Shown here piece after piece: positions 1 through 12,900 of a stretch of DNA of 64,000 nucleotides; within the stretch, counting starts at the first letter, position 1, and each line of letters begins with the position of its first letter. This DNA is from Antedon mediterranea. Its lineage: Eukaryota; Animalia; Echinodermata. The stretch spans positions 1,116,001 through 1,180,000 of the forward strand of contig NC_092672.1 of assembly GCF_964355755.1 (NCBI RefSeq), given 5' to 3'. Position numbers and translations under genes: made by a program. Below the pieces are notes generated by a model. The model did not search any database and was not told the origin of the DNA. It saw only the letters and a list, made by a program, of their open reading frames with translations.

Positions 1-3000
1 GAATTTTACGTCCGCGTTGTCCAAATTGTCTTCGTATTTAGTCTATAAAAAAAGATAATATCAATTATCAAATATGATTAAAAAAATAAATAAACGAGTG
101 GGGGGGGGGGGGGGTAAATGTTTCGACATTCTAAATACTCTCCTAAAGTTCACTAATAAAACAAAATGGTGAAATGAATATTTGATATTTTGAGTACAAG
201 TCATAAGATTGGTTCCTACTTGGTCGCAACGTGACGTGTGAAATAGGCGCACCGCAAAACGACGCGCAATAATGGATCATCCGAACTTTTGATTGGACAA
301 CTCACTTGCGTTGCGGCGACACCGTTGCGTGCCAAGTGGAACTTTCAGCCTTGGGAAACCAAGCTTTAGGATTTGGAGCAACGTTCGTTCGATTTGGAGT
401 AACGTTCGTTCGATTTGGAGTAACGTTCGTTCAATTTGGAGTGACGTTCGTTCGATTTATATAAAGTATGTGAATGGTGTATTGTAAATAAATTAACAAT
501 CAACTATAACAAAGCTAATTATATTTTATTTCACAATAAGGGCAAAATTATTAATAAGATAGGCTCACTTTTTGTTAACGATAAAGTAATTAATGAGGCT
601 GAGACTGTGTCGTTTGTTGGAGTATCACTTGATAAGAATCTTACATGGAAAACTCATCTCAACAATTTATGTAAAACATTACGTACAAAAATAGGTATTT
701 TTTATAAGTTAAGGTATTTTCTTTCTCAAAGTATATTAATGTTAATTTATTAATCATTTATTTTACCACCTATGGTATTGAAGTATGGGGAAGTTTAAGT
801 TACTTAAACCAAGTTCTACTTATTCAAAAGATGTTCGTTCGCTGTGTTACGTTTTCTGATTTTAGAGCACATTCTATACCTTTGTTTAAGCAATTGTTGA
901 TTTTAGATGTGTTTAAATTGTATGAGTTGCATGTGCTTAAATTTATTTCCGATTTATTTTATTCTAGATTACCTCATCATATTATACTATACTTTAACTA
1001 TGTAAACCATCCATTTAACACCCGATTTAATGACCCGTTTAATCTCTCGATCCCCTTTTGCCGTACGACTCTATCTCTAACCAATATAACATACCAAGGT
1101 CCCAAATTCTGGAATAAACTCCCAGTAAATATTAAGTCAATTTTATTTAGAACACAATTTGCCATCAAAGTCAAAGAACATTTAATAACCTTATATGATG
1201 CTTAGTTTTTTTCTAGTTTTTTCTATTTAAAAAACAAAAAAAAATGTGTATAATACTCTTCTATTACTTATTTCATATTCATATTGATAATGCCAGTGAG
1301 TTATTAATTTTCATTTATGTAATTAATTTTCTTCAGATTTTTCTTTCTCAGAAATGATAAACGTTCTAGTTTAAGTTTTATTTATTTTAAAGGCCAAACT
1401 CGATAAGCGAAAGCTTTTTTTTTTTGGTCTTTTGTCTTTAGTTTTGATTTTATGTATGTGAAAAAGAACTAACAAGAAAGAAAGACAATAAAGATTATTA
1501 TACAGATTTGGAGAGACGTTCGACAGCAAGCCTATTGAAATCGTTGGACATTAGGCACGTAGTTGTCCATACAGCTTTTACATTGTAATTATGATTATTC
1601 AGTATCATAGGCCTATATGATAATGCCAACTACGATGATTGAAATATACTGTACTAATATGACATGTTTAGGACGACGTGAACGTTTTCTTCAATCTCAT
1701 TTTATTTAATCAAATCGAACAACAACAGAATATTTTCGGTGATTAATTATGATTAACATTAGTTTGGAGTTTTGTCTTAATATTAGTAAAAAGATAAATA
1801 TTTTGGCACATATGGCGTTTCATACGTATACTACTTGATTCGCGGTCGAAATATAAACAGATAAATAAAAGAAAAAGATAATACCGGCTTGGGACAAGTC
1901 TAGATTAACATTTGCCTTGTAAGTAAAACATTGCTGGGTAAAATGTTGTGCTATGCTGAAAACATGTTTTGCATTTACTCAGGAAGTTAGGCCTACATGG
2001 GAGAAAATTTAGGTAAAGTAAAATATAACTTTTTTTTTGATTGCCTGAAAGAGATAAAAAGAGTTATAAAATAAAGAAATCTGTGGTAAATTATACGTAC
2101 AATGTTAAAGATTGAAAAACGTGTAAAAAGTTTATAACATAGAGGAAATTTTTTTTTCTTTCCTTATACTATTATATATGAAATGCAATGGTAGGAGTGA
2201 GATATCAGATGTACTGAAAGTTACTTAATGTCAATTATATTGTATTGTATCATTACATTACTCATGTGCAATGCATTGTAAATGAACATTTTATTGATGA
2301 AGAAATAAAAGTGGGTCGATCCTACATAAGACAAGAAAAAACATGTGCCTTGTAAAGTACAGGAGAATATGATTGAGTGTACGTCAGTACTGAGTACTAC
2401 CGTCCGGGAATAAATTCGCAGAAGCCTAATCAAATAACATTCTGTACTTTGTTTGATTAAATAGTTAAAACATGGAGGTTATGCCCGCGCGCATCTCTCA
2501 TGCGGTTTAGTGGGTATTAATCATAATTATTATCTGTAATTAGTCTCTGTGTTCCATTCAAAACAATTAGAATTGATGTCATGTTTTTCATGTAACAGTT
2601 ACGTTTATCATGAGCAAGTACTTACGAGCCCATCGCGAGTAAGTACTCGTGAGCCCATCGCGAGCAAGCACTCATGAGCACATCACGAGCAAGAACTCAT
2701 GAGCCGATCACGAGCAAATAGGCCTACTCATGAGCCGATCATGAGCAAGTACTCATGAGCCGATCACGAGCAAGTACTCATACGCCCATCGTCGTCAGCG
2801 GATTACTAACCTGAAACATCATTAAAACAGGCGCTGAAGTTACAATTGCCAAAGCCCACACAAAACTCAATGTTCTTCTTGTTCGTTTTCTTGTGAAATG
2901 TAACTTGTAACGTACAACGTGACAGACGGCAAAATAACGGTCCACAGCGATGGCTAGCAATATAAAAACAGTGACGTGAAAACAGAGATAACGACAATAA

Positions 3001-6000
3001 CGGTGAACGACGCACTGCCAGTCATGTCGCCATAGAAACGGCCATGTTGACGGGTAAAATTCAGTGATGTGAAAGGCAACCACGATCATAGATAACATGT
3101 CACCTAGAGAAGAGGAAAAGGCAGTAATAACATCACGTAATCATCATTCAAGTTCTGTTGTTTGTATACAAGTCTAGTTCAAGTTCAAATTTATTCACAT
3201 AATGCAAACATATACAACATATAAAAGATACAAGTGGTTGGAAATTAAGTAAATAATAGTTGCATTATGCCTGGAGAATACCATTTAAACCCCAAGGGGC
3301 TTTAAGCCTGGATCCACCAGAAAGAATAAATAAGTTAAAAATAATAATAATAAGCATAAGGTGAAGGTTAGCTACTGACAGACAGGGACGGACATGTACG
3401 ACGATACAAACACGACAAGGACGACAGGAAGGACAAACTGTATTTATATGATTTGCCTAATTAAATTCAATAATAAGTTATTAATATGATCAAAATAATT
3501 AATTTACTTTATATTTTGATATTAGATAAGATTTGTAGTTTATTTTTAGAGTACTATTTGTTTTGCTATTAGTTATTGACGGATTAAGAGAGTTCCAGAG
3601 TAGGGGACCGATATGTAGTATAGAGTTAAGTATTTGCTTACTGTTATAGTTTTTGGAAATGTAGTTGTTTGCGTTCCTAGTGTTATATTTGTGTAGTTCG
3701 TTATTTTTAGTGAAGAAACCGTTGAAAGTGGATGGTAGTTTGTTATTTGAGTACCTAAACATGAAGAGGGCAGTTTGCAATTTATTAATGTCAAAAATGT
3801 TTAGGGTATTTAGGGTGTGAAAAAGAGGTTTAGAGTGGGAGAGGTATTTTGAGAGAGTGCAAATGCGAAGGGTCTTTTTTTGGAGTTTGAAAAGTTTGTC
3901 TATTTTGGTTGTTTCCGTGCTGGTCCATGGACAGAGAGTTCGATGTTTTGAGTTAGTGGCTGCCCATGCAATGTTGCAGTAAGAGAGATGTGGAAGTATT
4001 AGAACAATTATGAACTTTAAAGCTTGATTTCCATTAGAACTTAGGCAAAACGTATATGCAACACAACAGGATCACTGATTGGTCAAAACTCGTGTTGTAC
4101 AGAGTGATGGGAAACAACGTAATGGCACTACATTACGTCACAAATGCATAGACTCCGTGGTAATAACGTTTCTAACGTAATACACTTTTTTTGTTAAACA
4201 TTTTTATTATGAAATCAGTTCGGCAGCCACACATGATTAGGGCGCACGCAAAATACCTAAGTTTAAAATTTTACCGCAGTCCGAAATTACGGAACTGTGG
4301 TCAAAGAACAAATGCGGCCGGTCAAGCGCTGACTTCTGATCCCTCCAACATTCCCTCTCACTGGTTAGAAAAGACCGGTGTTTACTACAGATACTGCAGT
4401 AGAATCACTTCAGTATTTTAAATAAAGTATAAAAGAAGGAATTGTAATCGATAATACTAAGATTATGATGGCGATGACGTAATCCAGTTGCAATATGAAC
4501 TGCTTCAGTTACTATCATTCATACATGGTATAGCACAGATAGGATTACCAATTTATGAGTTTTAACTATTATTATTTCAAGGACTTATTGATTGAACGGT
4601 CAAAAAATGAAAAAGCATTATAAAATTGTTCCATGAGTAATCAACCAGAAGTATAACGATTTACACAAATCACTGTCCAAAAAGAAGGTTCTCAAATCAC
4701 ACATTACAAATACTATAATTTAGTATTATCTTATATGTTACAATTATTATTTTAACCTATTTTAATATTTCTGTTACTAGGTCTACTTTACTTTAAAAAC
4801 GAGAGCAACGAATTATAAAAAATGCGAACTGAATTTTATGAATTACATATTTTTCTTAGTAGTAAGTTCTGTATTAACAAAATGAATATTGGAGACACAA
4901 TGCCTCAAGCATTGACAACAAAACGGATATACTGGTTATGATTATTGTAATGACTATTAAACTGATGAGGTTGTATTCGTATATAGTAGTGCTAGCTGTT
5001 GGTTTACGCAAAGCAATCTAACAATTGCCTTGGTTCAGTATGCAATAGGCGCGACTTGTATTACTGACGAAGTGAATTTAGTATATATCAAGCTTGGATC
5101 CCACTTGGACGGAACGCAAAAACGTAAGGACGCAACGCAAAAACGTAAGGACGCAAGGCAAAAACGTGAGGATGCAACGCCTACGTCATTGTATTGCGCC
5201 TACGTCATTACGCTGCGCCTATACGTCATTGCGTTCCACCTACGTCATTACGCTGCGCCTACGTCATTGCGTTGCCTCCGAGTGAGATCCAGGGATTACG
5301 CACACAAGGACGTAAGCACAATACAAATAATTTGACCAATCACAAGAGATTGATTAGTGTCGCTGGTCATTGATAAAACTCGTTTGCGTCGACGTCCTTG
5401 CGTTTCGTCCTATTGGGAAAACCAATCATTAGCACGGAGGATGATACAGAAACGCAGTTATTTTAATTTTATTTGTTTTATGCGTTGTATGTTACGTCCT
5501 TGCGTTGCCGGTTACGTCCTTGCGTTGCAGGTTACCTGATTGCGTTGTAGGTTACGTCCTTGCGTTGCGTTTTTATACAATGCTCGAGTGAAAACAAATT
5601 GGGAAACCACCGCATAGACCATGTGACAGAAAAAGTGAAAAAAAATTAATGAGAATCCAATTATTTTGGGCTATATCTAGGTGCTTGTCATTTTATAGTA
5701 TAATAATATGTGTATATTAAAACTTGTCATTTGAATAGAAATATTATTTTATGGCAAACTATTAATAGCCGCAAGTAATATTGCCAGTTTAATGACTTTG
5801 TGATGACTTTAAAACGATATCAACAGTTTTTAACTTTGGTGGATGTAAATGGGGCATGGTAAAAAAGACAAAACATGTAGAGAGCCCGATATATTATGCA
5901 TTAGTATAGTAACTGAATATTTAACGCGTTTATATAAGACCTGGTAAAAAGATGTATATTACTTAACCTAACCTATTATATTAGGCCTATTTTGATAGCA

Positions 6001-8039
6001 AACATGTTGATGCTGATTGGTAAATTGTCTTAAACAATATTTTGTTTTATAATTTTTATTTCAAACACGAATTATTTGGAACGTATTTATGACCGTAAAT
6101 CATTAAAAATGTATTACATTTTGAATTATTCTGTTTAGATATAAATCCATTATGTTAATTAAAAATAATGGCAAAGATAAGTGCTTATGTGCAACATGGT
6201 ACAGATCGAGGTTTTTTACCGTAGGCCTACAGATAATATGAATAATATATTGAAAACTCATCATGTATATTGTTCTTTCACATGAAAAGTACAAGTGGTA
6301 AGGAAACAATAGTAGGTTGTTGATGTTGGTATTAATTCCAAGTAAGACAAAATGCAAACTAAAACTTGGTTTTACCACTAGGACGCGCAACGCAGCTTGG
6401 TTCCCATTAAGCTTGGTTCCAACTAGAACGTAACGCAAGGACGTAAACGCAACGCAAGCGTTTTAACCAATGACAAGCGAAGTTATAGACAGTTAAGCTT
6501 GGTTCCCACTAGCAACGCAACGCAAGGACGTAACGCAACGCAAGTGAATTGACCAATCACAAGCGATGGCTTATTCGCTTGTGATTGCTAACTGTCTATA
6601 ACTTTGCTTGTCATTGGTTAAAACGCTTGCGTTGCGTTTACGTCCTTGCGTTACGTTCTAGTGGGAACCAAGCTTTAGCAATCACAAGCGAATAAGCCAT
6701 CGCTTGTGATTGGTCAATTCACTTGCGTTGCGTTACGTCCTTGCATTGCGTCGCTAGTGGGAACCACGCTTTAGAGGACACGCAACGCAGCTTGGTTCTC
6801 AGTTAAGCTTGGTTCCCATTAGGACGCGCAACGCAGCTTGGTTCTCAGTAGGACGCGCAATGCAGATTGGTTCTCACTAGGACGCGTAACTCAGCTGGGT
6901 TTCCATTAAATCGCGCAACGGCGAATAAGCGCAACGCAAGTAATTAGTTTTGATAATCACGAGCAATTGGTTAATTTGAAATAAAACTTCAATAAAATTA
7001 AATATTAGTAGAAATTTAAATAGTTAAATTCAACAGTGGACTCAATTTCTTTCGATGGGACAGACATCCCATCCAAAAGTGCGATTAAGTTTCAAAAGAA
7101 CAAGAATAAGGGCGTTTTCAGGGTGGGGGAAACATTTTCAGCATTTAGAGAGAACGAGAATTAATACAAAAATGTATTCAACAATGTAATTACGGGGTCG
7201 AATGCCAACTGACTGTATCACTAGTCATTGTTGCGAAAGAAGCATTCGGGTTTATGGTATGATTAATTTCTATGATTTGAATAATTTAAGAAATGAATCG
7301 CTTTTGTTGTCAGTGACATGAATCGGGTTCTACAGCGAGTACCGTGGCCTATAATACGCCCGATGATAGCTTGATGTTGTTGATTGAGAACATTACCATG
7401 GTAATGTGAACAAAAACTAAATTATCAATTCATTCTACAAGAAATAAGTTAAAATGCATTGAAGTTATTATTGTACATCAGTAACGAGATACACGCTATA
7501 CAAGTTGACGCGTTACATTTTATACAGGTTGACTCTTTGGCATCTATTTCAGCAACAAAAAAAAACGGTAAAATAAAAGATAGATATATCATATTCACTA
7601 CAGGCCGATTTCTAGGCATTAAACGAACAATTAATATCAAATTATATTAAGCCATATGTTAGATAATAATGTAACATATACAGAGCGTATAGCTACCCTA
7701 AACGTAAGCATAATCGAAACTTATGTCCACACAGACGACGTGCTGATGGAACTTATGTCCTTTCACATGATAGGCCTAAAGTATAAACAACTCGCCAAGC
7801 AGCAACACAACAGTGTTTTTACGGAACTTACCAAATGTAAGATTGAGAATATACAGCGACGCATTGCTTCTTCGATATTCTTTCCTTGCGTAAACAAAAA
7901 GTACAAGAAGATTTCCGACAAGTCCGAAAGTACAAATCGTCGTAAAAAACGGCACTTCAAATCTGAACCACTCGTCGTCGTCAGCAGTCGTCGTAGGATC
8001 GACCGCCGTCGTCATGTTTTCATTATACGTGTATTCCAT
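1..8039 (-). CDS. Class A (rhodopsin-like) GPCR, neuropeptide-receptor-like; partial, continues beyond window start
   Basis: Exons 8039-7832 (MEYTY...TM1 FGLVGNLLVL, TM2 LYILNLTF), 3103-2811 (GD, TM3 AIAVDRYFAVC, TM4 WALAIVTSAP) and 42-<1 (TKYEDNLDNADVKF, ECL2). Junctions are GT-AG with consistent phases 1 and 0. Confidence 0.88.
206..365. mobile_element. Degenerate MITE, family A (AGCTTGGTTCCCACT termini)
   Basis: Left end agattggttcctact, right end gggaaaccaagct followed by TTA; internal acgcaacg-type motifs as in the 6410-6770 copies. Confidence 0.55.
369..457. repeat. 21-bp tandem repeat (GATTTGGAGTAACGTTCGTTC) x4
   Basis: Directly visible; a further partial unit reappears at about 1505-1522, after the LINE fragment. 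Confidence 0.85.
460..1500 (+). mobile_element. 5'-truncated non-LTR retrotransposon (CR1/L2-like RT C-terminus plus 3' UTR), degenerate
   Basis: Translates to ..FVGVSLDKNLTWKTHL..LRYF..YGIEVWG..HSIPLFKQLLILD..TR..GPKFWNKLP, typical of the post-RT region of these LINEs. Contains a stop and frameshift; ends in AATAAA plus a short TTA tail. Confidence 0.8.
2608..2790. repeat. Minisatellite, about 25-bp unit (CATGAGCCGATCACGAGCAAGTACT), about 7 copies
   Basis: Visible tandem units beginning about 20 nt inside the intron after GPCR exon 2. Confidence 0.8.
3170..4005 (-). mobile_element. 5'-truncated LINE fragment (CR1/L2-like)
   Basis: Minus strand encodes LILPHLSYCNIAW..LQKKTLRICT..HSKPLF..KYNTRN..GPLLWNSL. 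The 3' end has AATAAA followed by a (TTGAAC)n-like tail. Confidence 0.82.
5090..5612. mobile_element. MITE family A-related composite with internal ACGCAA/ACGTCATT repeats
   Basis: Left end agcttggatcccact; inverted gacgcaacgcaa/ttgcgttgcgt arms; right ends tgggaaaacca (about 5420) and tgggaaaccac (about 5605). Confidence 0.6.
6410..6770 (+). mobile_element. 179-bp PIF/Harbinger-type MITE (outer copy), TSD TTA
   Basis: TIRs agcttggttcc..ctag / ctagtgggaaccacgct; TTA at 6407-6409 and 6771-6773; 86+93 bp once the inner copy is removed. Confidence 0.85.
6496..6674 (-). mobile_element. 179-bp MITE (inner copy) of the same family in reverse orientation, TSD TTA
   Basis: Perfect TIR agcttggttcccactag...ctagtgggaaccaagct; TTA at 6493-6495 and 6675-6677; its reverse complement matches the outer copy. 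Confidence 0.9.
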
Positions 8040-8864
8040 TGCATCGTCGTCGTGATGCTAATTCTTTCGTGCAGCTTTCGTGTTTGAATACAGTTGGATG
8101 GCTATGATAAATAAAACAAACAAGCCAACCTGAACGCTTTAACAATAAAGTTGTATGTTATTAGAGGGCGTCCCACAAAAATAAAATTTTCAACCACTGA
8201 CTCTTCGCAAATCGGTAAGTGTTCGGTAATCATCGAGCATGCGCATTAATGATTAATCTTTAAACAGAGTAATGCATGATCTTATGGGCTGATACGACGG
8301 TCTGTAGGTTTTCAGTATTATAAGATGGATTGTTAGAAAAAACACGATTGGTACAAAATTTGATTTGCGCTCGATGAACCAAATTACGGAATTTAGTAGA
8401 GAAAAGGAGGACCAAGGCCACACATTGTGACGTCAACATCACGATTCACAATTTTATAATTGACTTTTGTACAGTAGGCCTATAGGCCTAATACTGTCAA
8501 TTCCCTTTTGTATAAAACGATCGTTAATTCCTCTTTTTAGAGTTTGATTAAGCCTATAAGGTCAAAACTTAAAGAAACTTAAGCCATTATATCTCCCCAC
8601 GTCAGTATCTAATACGCGCGCGCCGTTGTTATGAATACGTTACTGCCGCCGTCTCCTTCTGAAAACTACGGTTGCTTCCGTGAGTTTTTTCGACGTGCAT
8701 TTCAAGATTTTGAAGGCTAAATTACTTTATGCAAAATGCAAATTAGAGGGTCCTCGATTTTGACATGAATATGCACATAGCATTGAAATATGGATTTTTA
8801 AAACAGATGTTAAGTTTGTAATCGTTGTCATTTTCACGTTCATCGTGTTCAGATTTTGCCGTTT

Positions 8865-9100
8865 ACTAAAAGCTAAACACATTTAATTTACAGTAGCGTT
8901 AATATAATAATCTTTTCAAATGATGTACAAAATGAAAAAAGCATTCAACAACTTTATGAAATGAAATATTACAATGGCCTACTAAAAGCCTTAACACATT
9001 TAATGTACTGTAGGGTCAATATAATAATCTTTTCAAGTGATGTACACAATGAAAAAAGCATTCGACCACTTTTATGAAATGAAATATTACAATGGCACTA
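8865..9100. repeat. About 116-bp tandem duplication (2 diverged copies)
   Basis: actaaaagc..acacatttaat..aatataataatcttttcaa..gaaatattacaatggc occurs twice, at about 8865 and about 8981. Confidence 0.75.
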
Positions 9101-9903
9101 TTAAGAATTGTTATTCGTTAAAAGTTTATTTAAAATGACGTCATATTTCACAAGGTCAAGTTTGCTGATTGCTTTGCAATTCAAATACGTTATTTAACTT
9201 TACTTTACATGCATGGTTGTACAATAAATGTCTTCGTAGCTTTGAACGTGTCCACAATAAAATCCAAAATATGAATTAATCTAAATGTAATGTACAAAAG
9301 CAGATCATCACATCCTATTTTCTTCTGTTCATCTATTATTAGATTGTTTCTGTTTCATTGTAACCCTGTCTTTTAGGAAGACCTTTTTTCTATCTATCTA
9401 TATTTATATATTTTCTTTTTTCTCTTCTTTTCGTGGCTTATTTTATATTTTTGTACATATAAAAGGACGTGAATAAATGTTATATTGAATTGAATAAATA
9501 CAGTTTGATAAGTCATGTTGAATTTATCGATACTGATTACAGAACAATTGCGAAATAAAAAACCTGCCTTGCTTTAAAAGACATCAATTATACAAAGCAG
9601 AAACAAAGCGACAGATTTATGCTTTTAACCAATCAGCGAAGCGTAACGATGGCTAGCAGCTACGACAATGCCGATTGGTTGAGACTATTATAGATTCATT
9701 GGTGACGCGCACGTGACAGTATACCAACGTACAATAATCAAAATCAGCATAGATTATTCAATACCGAGATTGACTGGGTTGAATCTGTCTCTCATTGGTA
9801 CAACAAAACAAGAGACTTTTGAGTTGCATTATCTAAAGAAACAATTTCTTAATTCGTTTACACATTTTTACAAATATTTTTTTTAAATAAAATGAACATA
9901 AAC

Positions 9904-12900
9904 TTAACAGTATGTTATCATATCTGATATTTGCTGGTCAAAATCCAACTCGATGGATTTCTCAAAGTCATCTATCTCAATAATTTCAGTTTCACATAGC
10001 TGCTTTGAAATCGTGCTGCTTTGGACGCTTATCGTTAAACTTGTTCTGGGCTTAGAGTTTTTAGATTTCTTGTTCGGTTTGCGACAGAGTACGTACTTGC
10101 TTTCAATAAGCTTTCTAATTCTTGCATTACAAGCGAAAGACACGTATATGAATAGTCCTTGTAGGCCGTTGAATACAATGAAGAAATACCAAAGTACGTC
10201 GGTATCGGTAAAAGCGGCAACACATCCAAATACCCAAGCAAACCCCATCACTGTCGACATCTTAATAAACACAGTTAACTCGTTTCGTTCACTTGGTATA
10301 GCTACTCTGCTATCTCGTTTAAGGTAGATAGATCGACTATTTTTACGCATTGCGTATACGGTTCTAATAAATAAAGTGAAGTTAACTAAAAGAATCAACA
10401 TCAGTGGTACGAGGAAAGCTACCAAGAAGCCGACAGCCTTAGATATCCAACAGCTAAAGTGAGTTCCGTATCCCATCAGTCCGAGTTTACTGAAGTACAG
10501 CATGACGCATACAAGCAAGATACATAGCGGCATTCCCCAGGCGTACAAACAGTATTTACGGAACGTACTCCTAGATTTTGAATCACGTTTTGATACGAGT
10601 TTTTTACCAAATGTTTTGTATACGTCAAACGCCATGACATTTGTCCAAAGAGAACTTGACAAGAACAAGTAATGTAGTAGAATTGCTACAGTTGTACATA
10701 TAAGGGTATTTTCAATATTGTTGATTCCGATTAAGAAAACTAACTGACTGGCAAGTGTAGTTGATGCTAACGCTATTATGCACTTACCTGGCAATGTCCT
10801 CAGTTCATTGAACATGGAGTATGTTAAGATGGTCAAGAAAAGACCAACAATCGACATACTGATGCAAATAAATGCGATATATTTTTGAATTTCATTAAAA
10901 TCGAAGAACATCACGTAGTAAACGTTTTGAACGTTTTGTAAGTTCGTACAAACTTCAATTTGAGAGTTCTCGACTTTTATGTAATCACCTTTCTCATAAA
11001 TAGAACCGTCTATCATATGCACAGACCCGTCGTCTGATACCGTATACTCACTTTCGTTGTACCGAACTCGACGACACGATTCTTCCATTGCATACATATA
11101 ATCACACACAAAAACTGTGTAATTAGTCTCAGTAACATTATCAGTTTTATAGATATACGATTCCGAACATGAGTATTGAGTTCCCGTACTGTTGACGAAC
11201 ACAGAAACGCAGTCATTGCGCGCCATATATGTGACGTCATTCGCGCAATACACTCGGATGACACCGTTTTGGCACGCACTTAAGAAGCTGTTAAAGTCAT
11301 CAATATTATTTTGTTGTACAGTTGGCAATTCAACTTGAGTACTGTCTACATAGATGGTGACGTCATATATGTCAACGGAATGAGCTAAACTGTTCAGGAC
11401 GGGCATCACGGCAAAACTGAGACCCTCCTGTCTCGCAGCTGTCTGAGTCACGTGCACAATAGCTGTTCCAGAAACAGTTACGTTTGTTTTAGTGATTTCA
11501 AAAGTAGAATTAATTCCCGATGAGTTTTTAAAATGAAACTGATCGTTGCCAATCGTAAGGTTTTGAATGGAAACGTCGAAATCGTCTTTTAACAGCTGCA
11601 AGTTGGTAAAATCTTCAAGTTGTATGTTGTTGCCTTGAAACGAAACTTCAAATTTCACCACAATTGTCAGTCGAAACGTGACTTCTGTAATATTGGTAGC
11701 AGCAGTGTTGCCAGTTGGGAAATCTAGAGACGGTTGGTTACAAGAGGGCACATCACTACATTTGATAACCTCTTCTTGTTTTTCTACACATTCATCTCCA
11801 ACGAGCGTGTAACTTGCACCGCAGTAAATCGTACGGCAAGACTCAGAATACGGATCATATACTTTTCCATCTGGACAGTGAATTTCAACAGGAACCACGT
11901 TACCAGAAGTACGATGCACAATCACTAAATGATCACGTTCACGGGTATTAAAGTTTGTTATGACAGAATATGCATAGTCGAGTTTGTCGGTCAGGAATTC
12001 TTTGTTCTCGTCAATGAGTGTTTTGTTTCTAGAATTTGGACAATACTCACGCAGTATGTCCGCTCCGTTACATTCTGCACAGTAACTATTCTTGAAGATT
12101 GTCGAAGAATCACCCTGCAGTTTTCGCCCAATTATTGGGAATTGGTAACCCTCTAAACATGCTCTAGATGCTTTAGTAACATTTTTGGTTTTGTCCTTTG
12201 TTGAATGGTCGCAAGTACTTTCAACTTTCAGACAGTACCGGGGAGGTGATTCTCGTTCAGTCGTAAAAAACGTCACACAATCTTCTTTCAAATAATGTGC
12301 CAGCACATCCGGGTCTATAGTAGCATTAACAGGCGGTGCTTTCCGACATCTTGCGTCTGTTCTCCAGAATGTGACGTTGAGTCTGCCACTGCACTGTGCG
12401 CAGAAGACGTTTCTATACGTCAGGCCGTCATCGCTATGCACTGGCAACCGTGAGAGCAGGTCTGCGTCTGTGACGTTGGCGCACATCTTTGAAACCATTG
12501 TGTTAGCCCAGGAATTGTGACACTGACTCGTACTCCAGAATGGTCTATGTGGGTATTCCTTAATAGTAATGCATTCAAACATAGATTGTCGACCACCAGC
12601 AAGTATACCAGCCAGATTTGTTTGTGAATCAACAATTTCCAATTTCTCTTGCAAGTTGTCATTTGTCTGAGAAACATGCGTCTGCATCTCTTTAACTTTA
12701 TCGCCAGTAGTTCCGCAGATTATATCGTAGTCGACGCAACAATCTCCGTAAATACGACAAAGAGGATCACAAAAACATGTATAGGATGGAAGAACGAACC
12801 CGCCAACCGTCGAGTCGTAGTACTGCTTTGTTACTTTGTCAGTATTACATCTATTAGCACAAGATGTTATTGGTTCACAGTGTAAAATGTCATCAATAAC

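Larger units (their letters stand above)
6364..6925. repeat. Degenerate tandem array of about 29-bp units resembling the MITE-A terminus (AGCTTGGTTCCCATTAGGACGCGCAACGC), interrupted by nested MITEs
   Basis: Units at about 6364 and 6394, then about 6788-6925 on the other side of the insertion. Confidence 0.65.

Noticed and set aside
831-1205. Host protein-coding gene (also 3499-3780)
   Set aside because: These are C-terminal remnants of LINE ORF2 with upstream stops or truncation.
5030-5539. ORFs of 60-101 aa
   Set aside because: They lie within MITE-A internal repeats.
7656-8087. 143-aa plus-strand ORF (similarly 9953-10327, 18446-18805 and 63563-63835)
   Set aside because: Antisense shadows of real coding exons with no recognisable domains.
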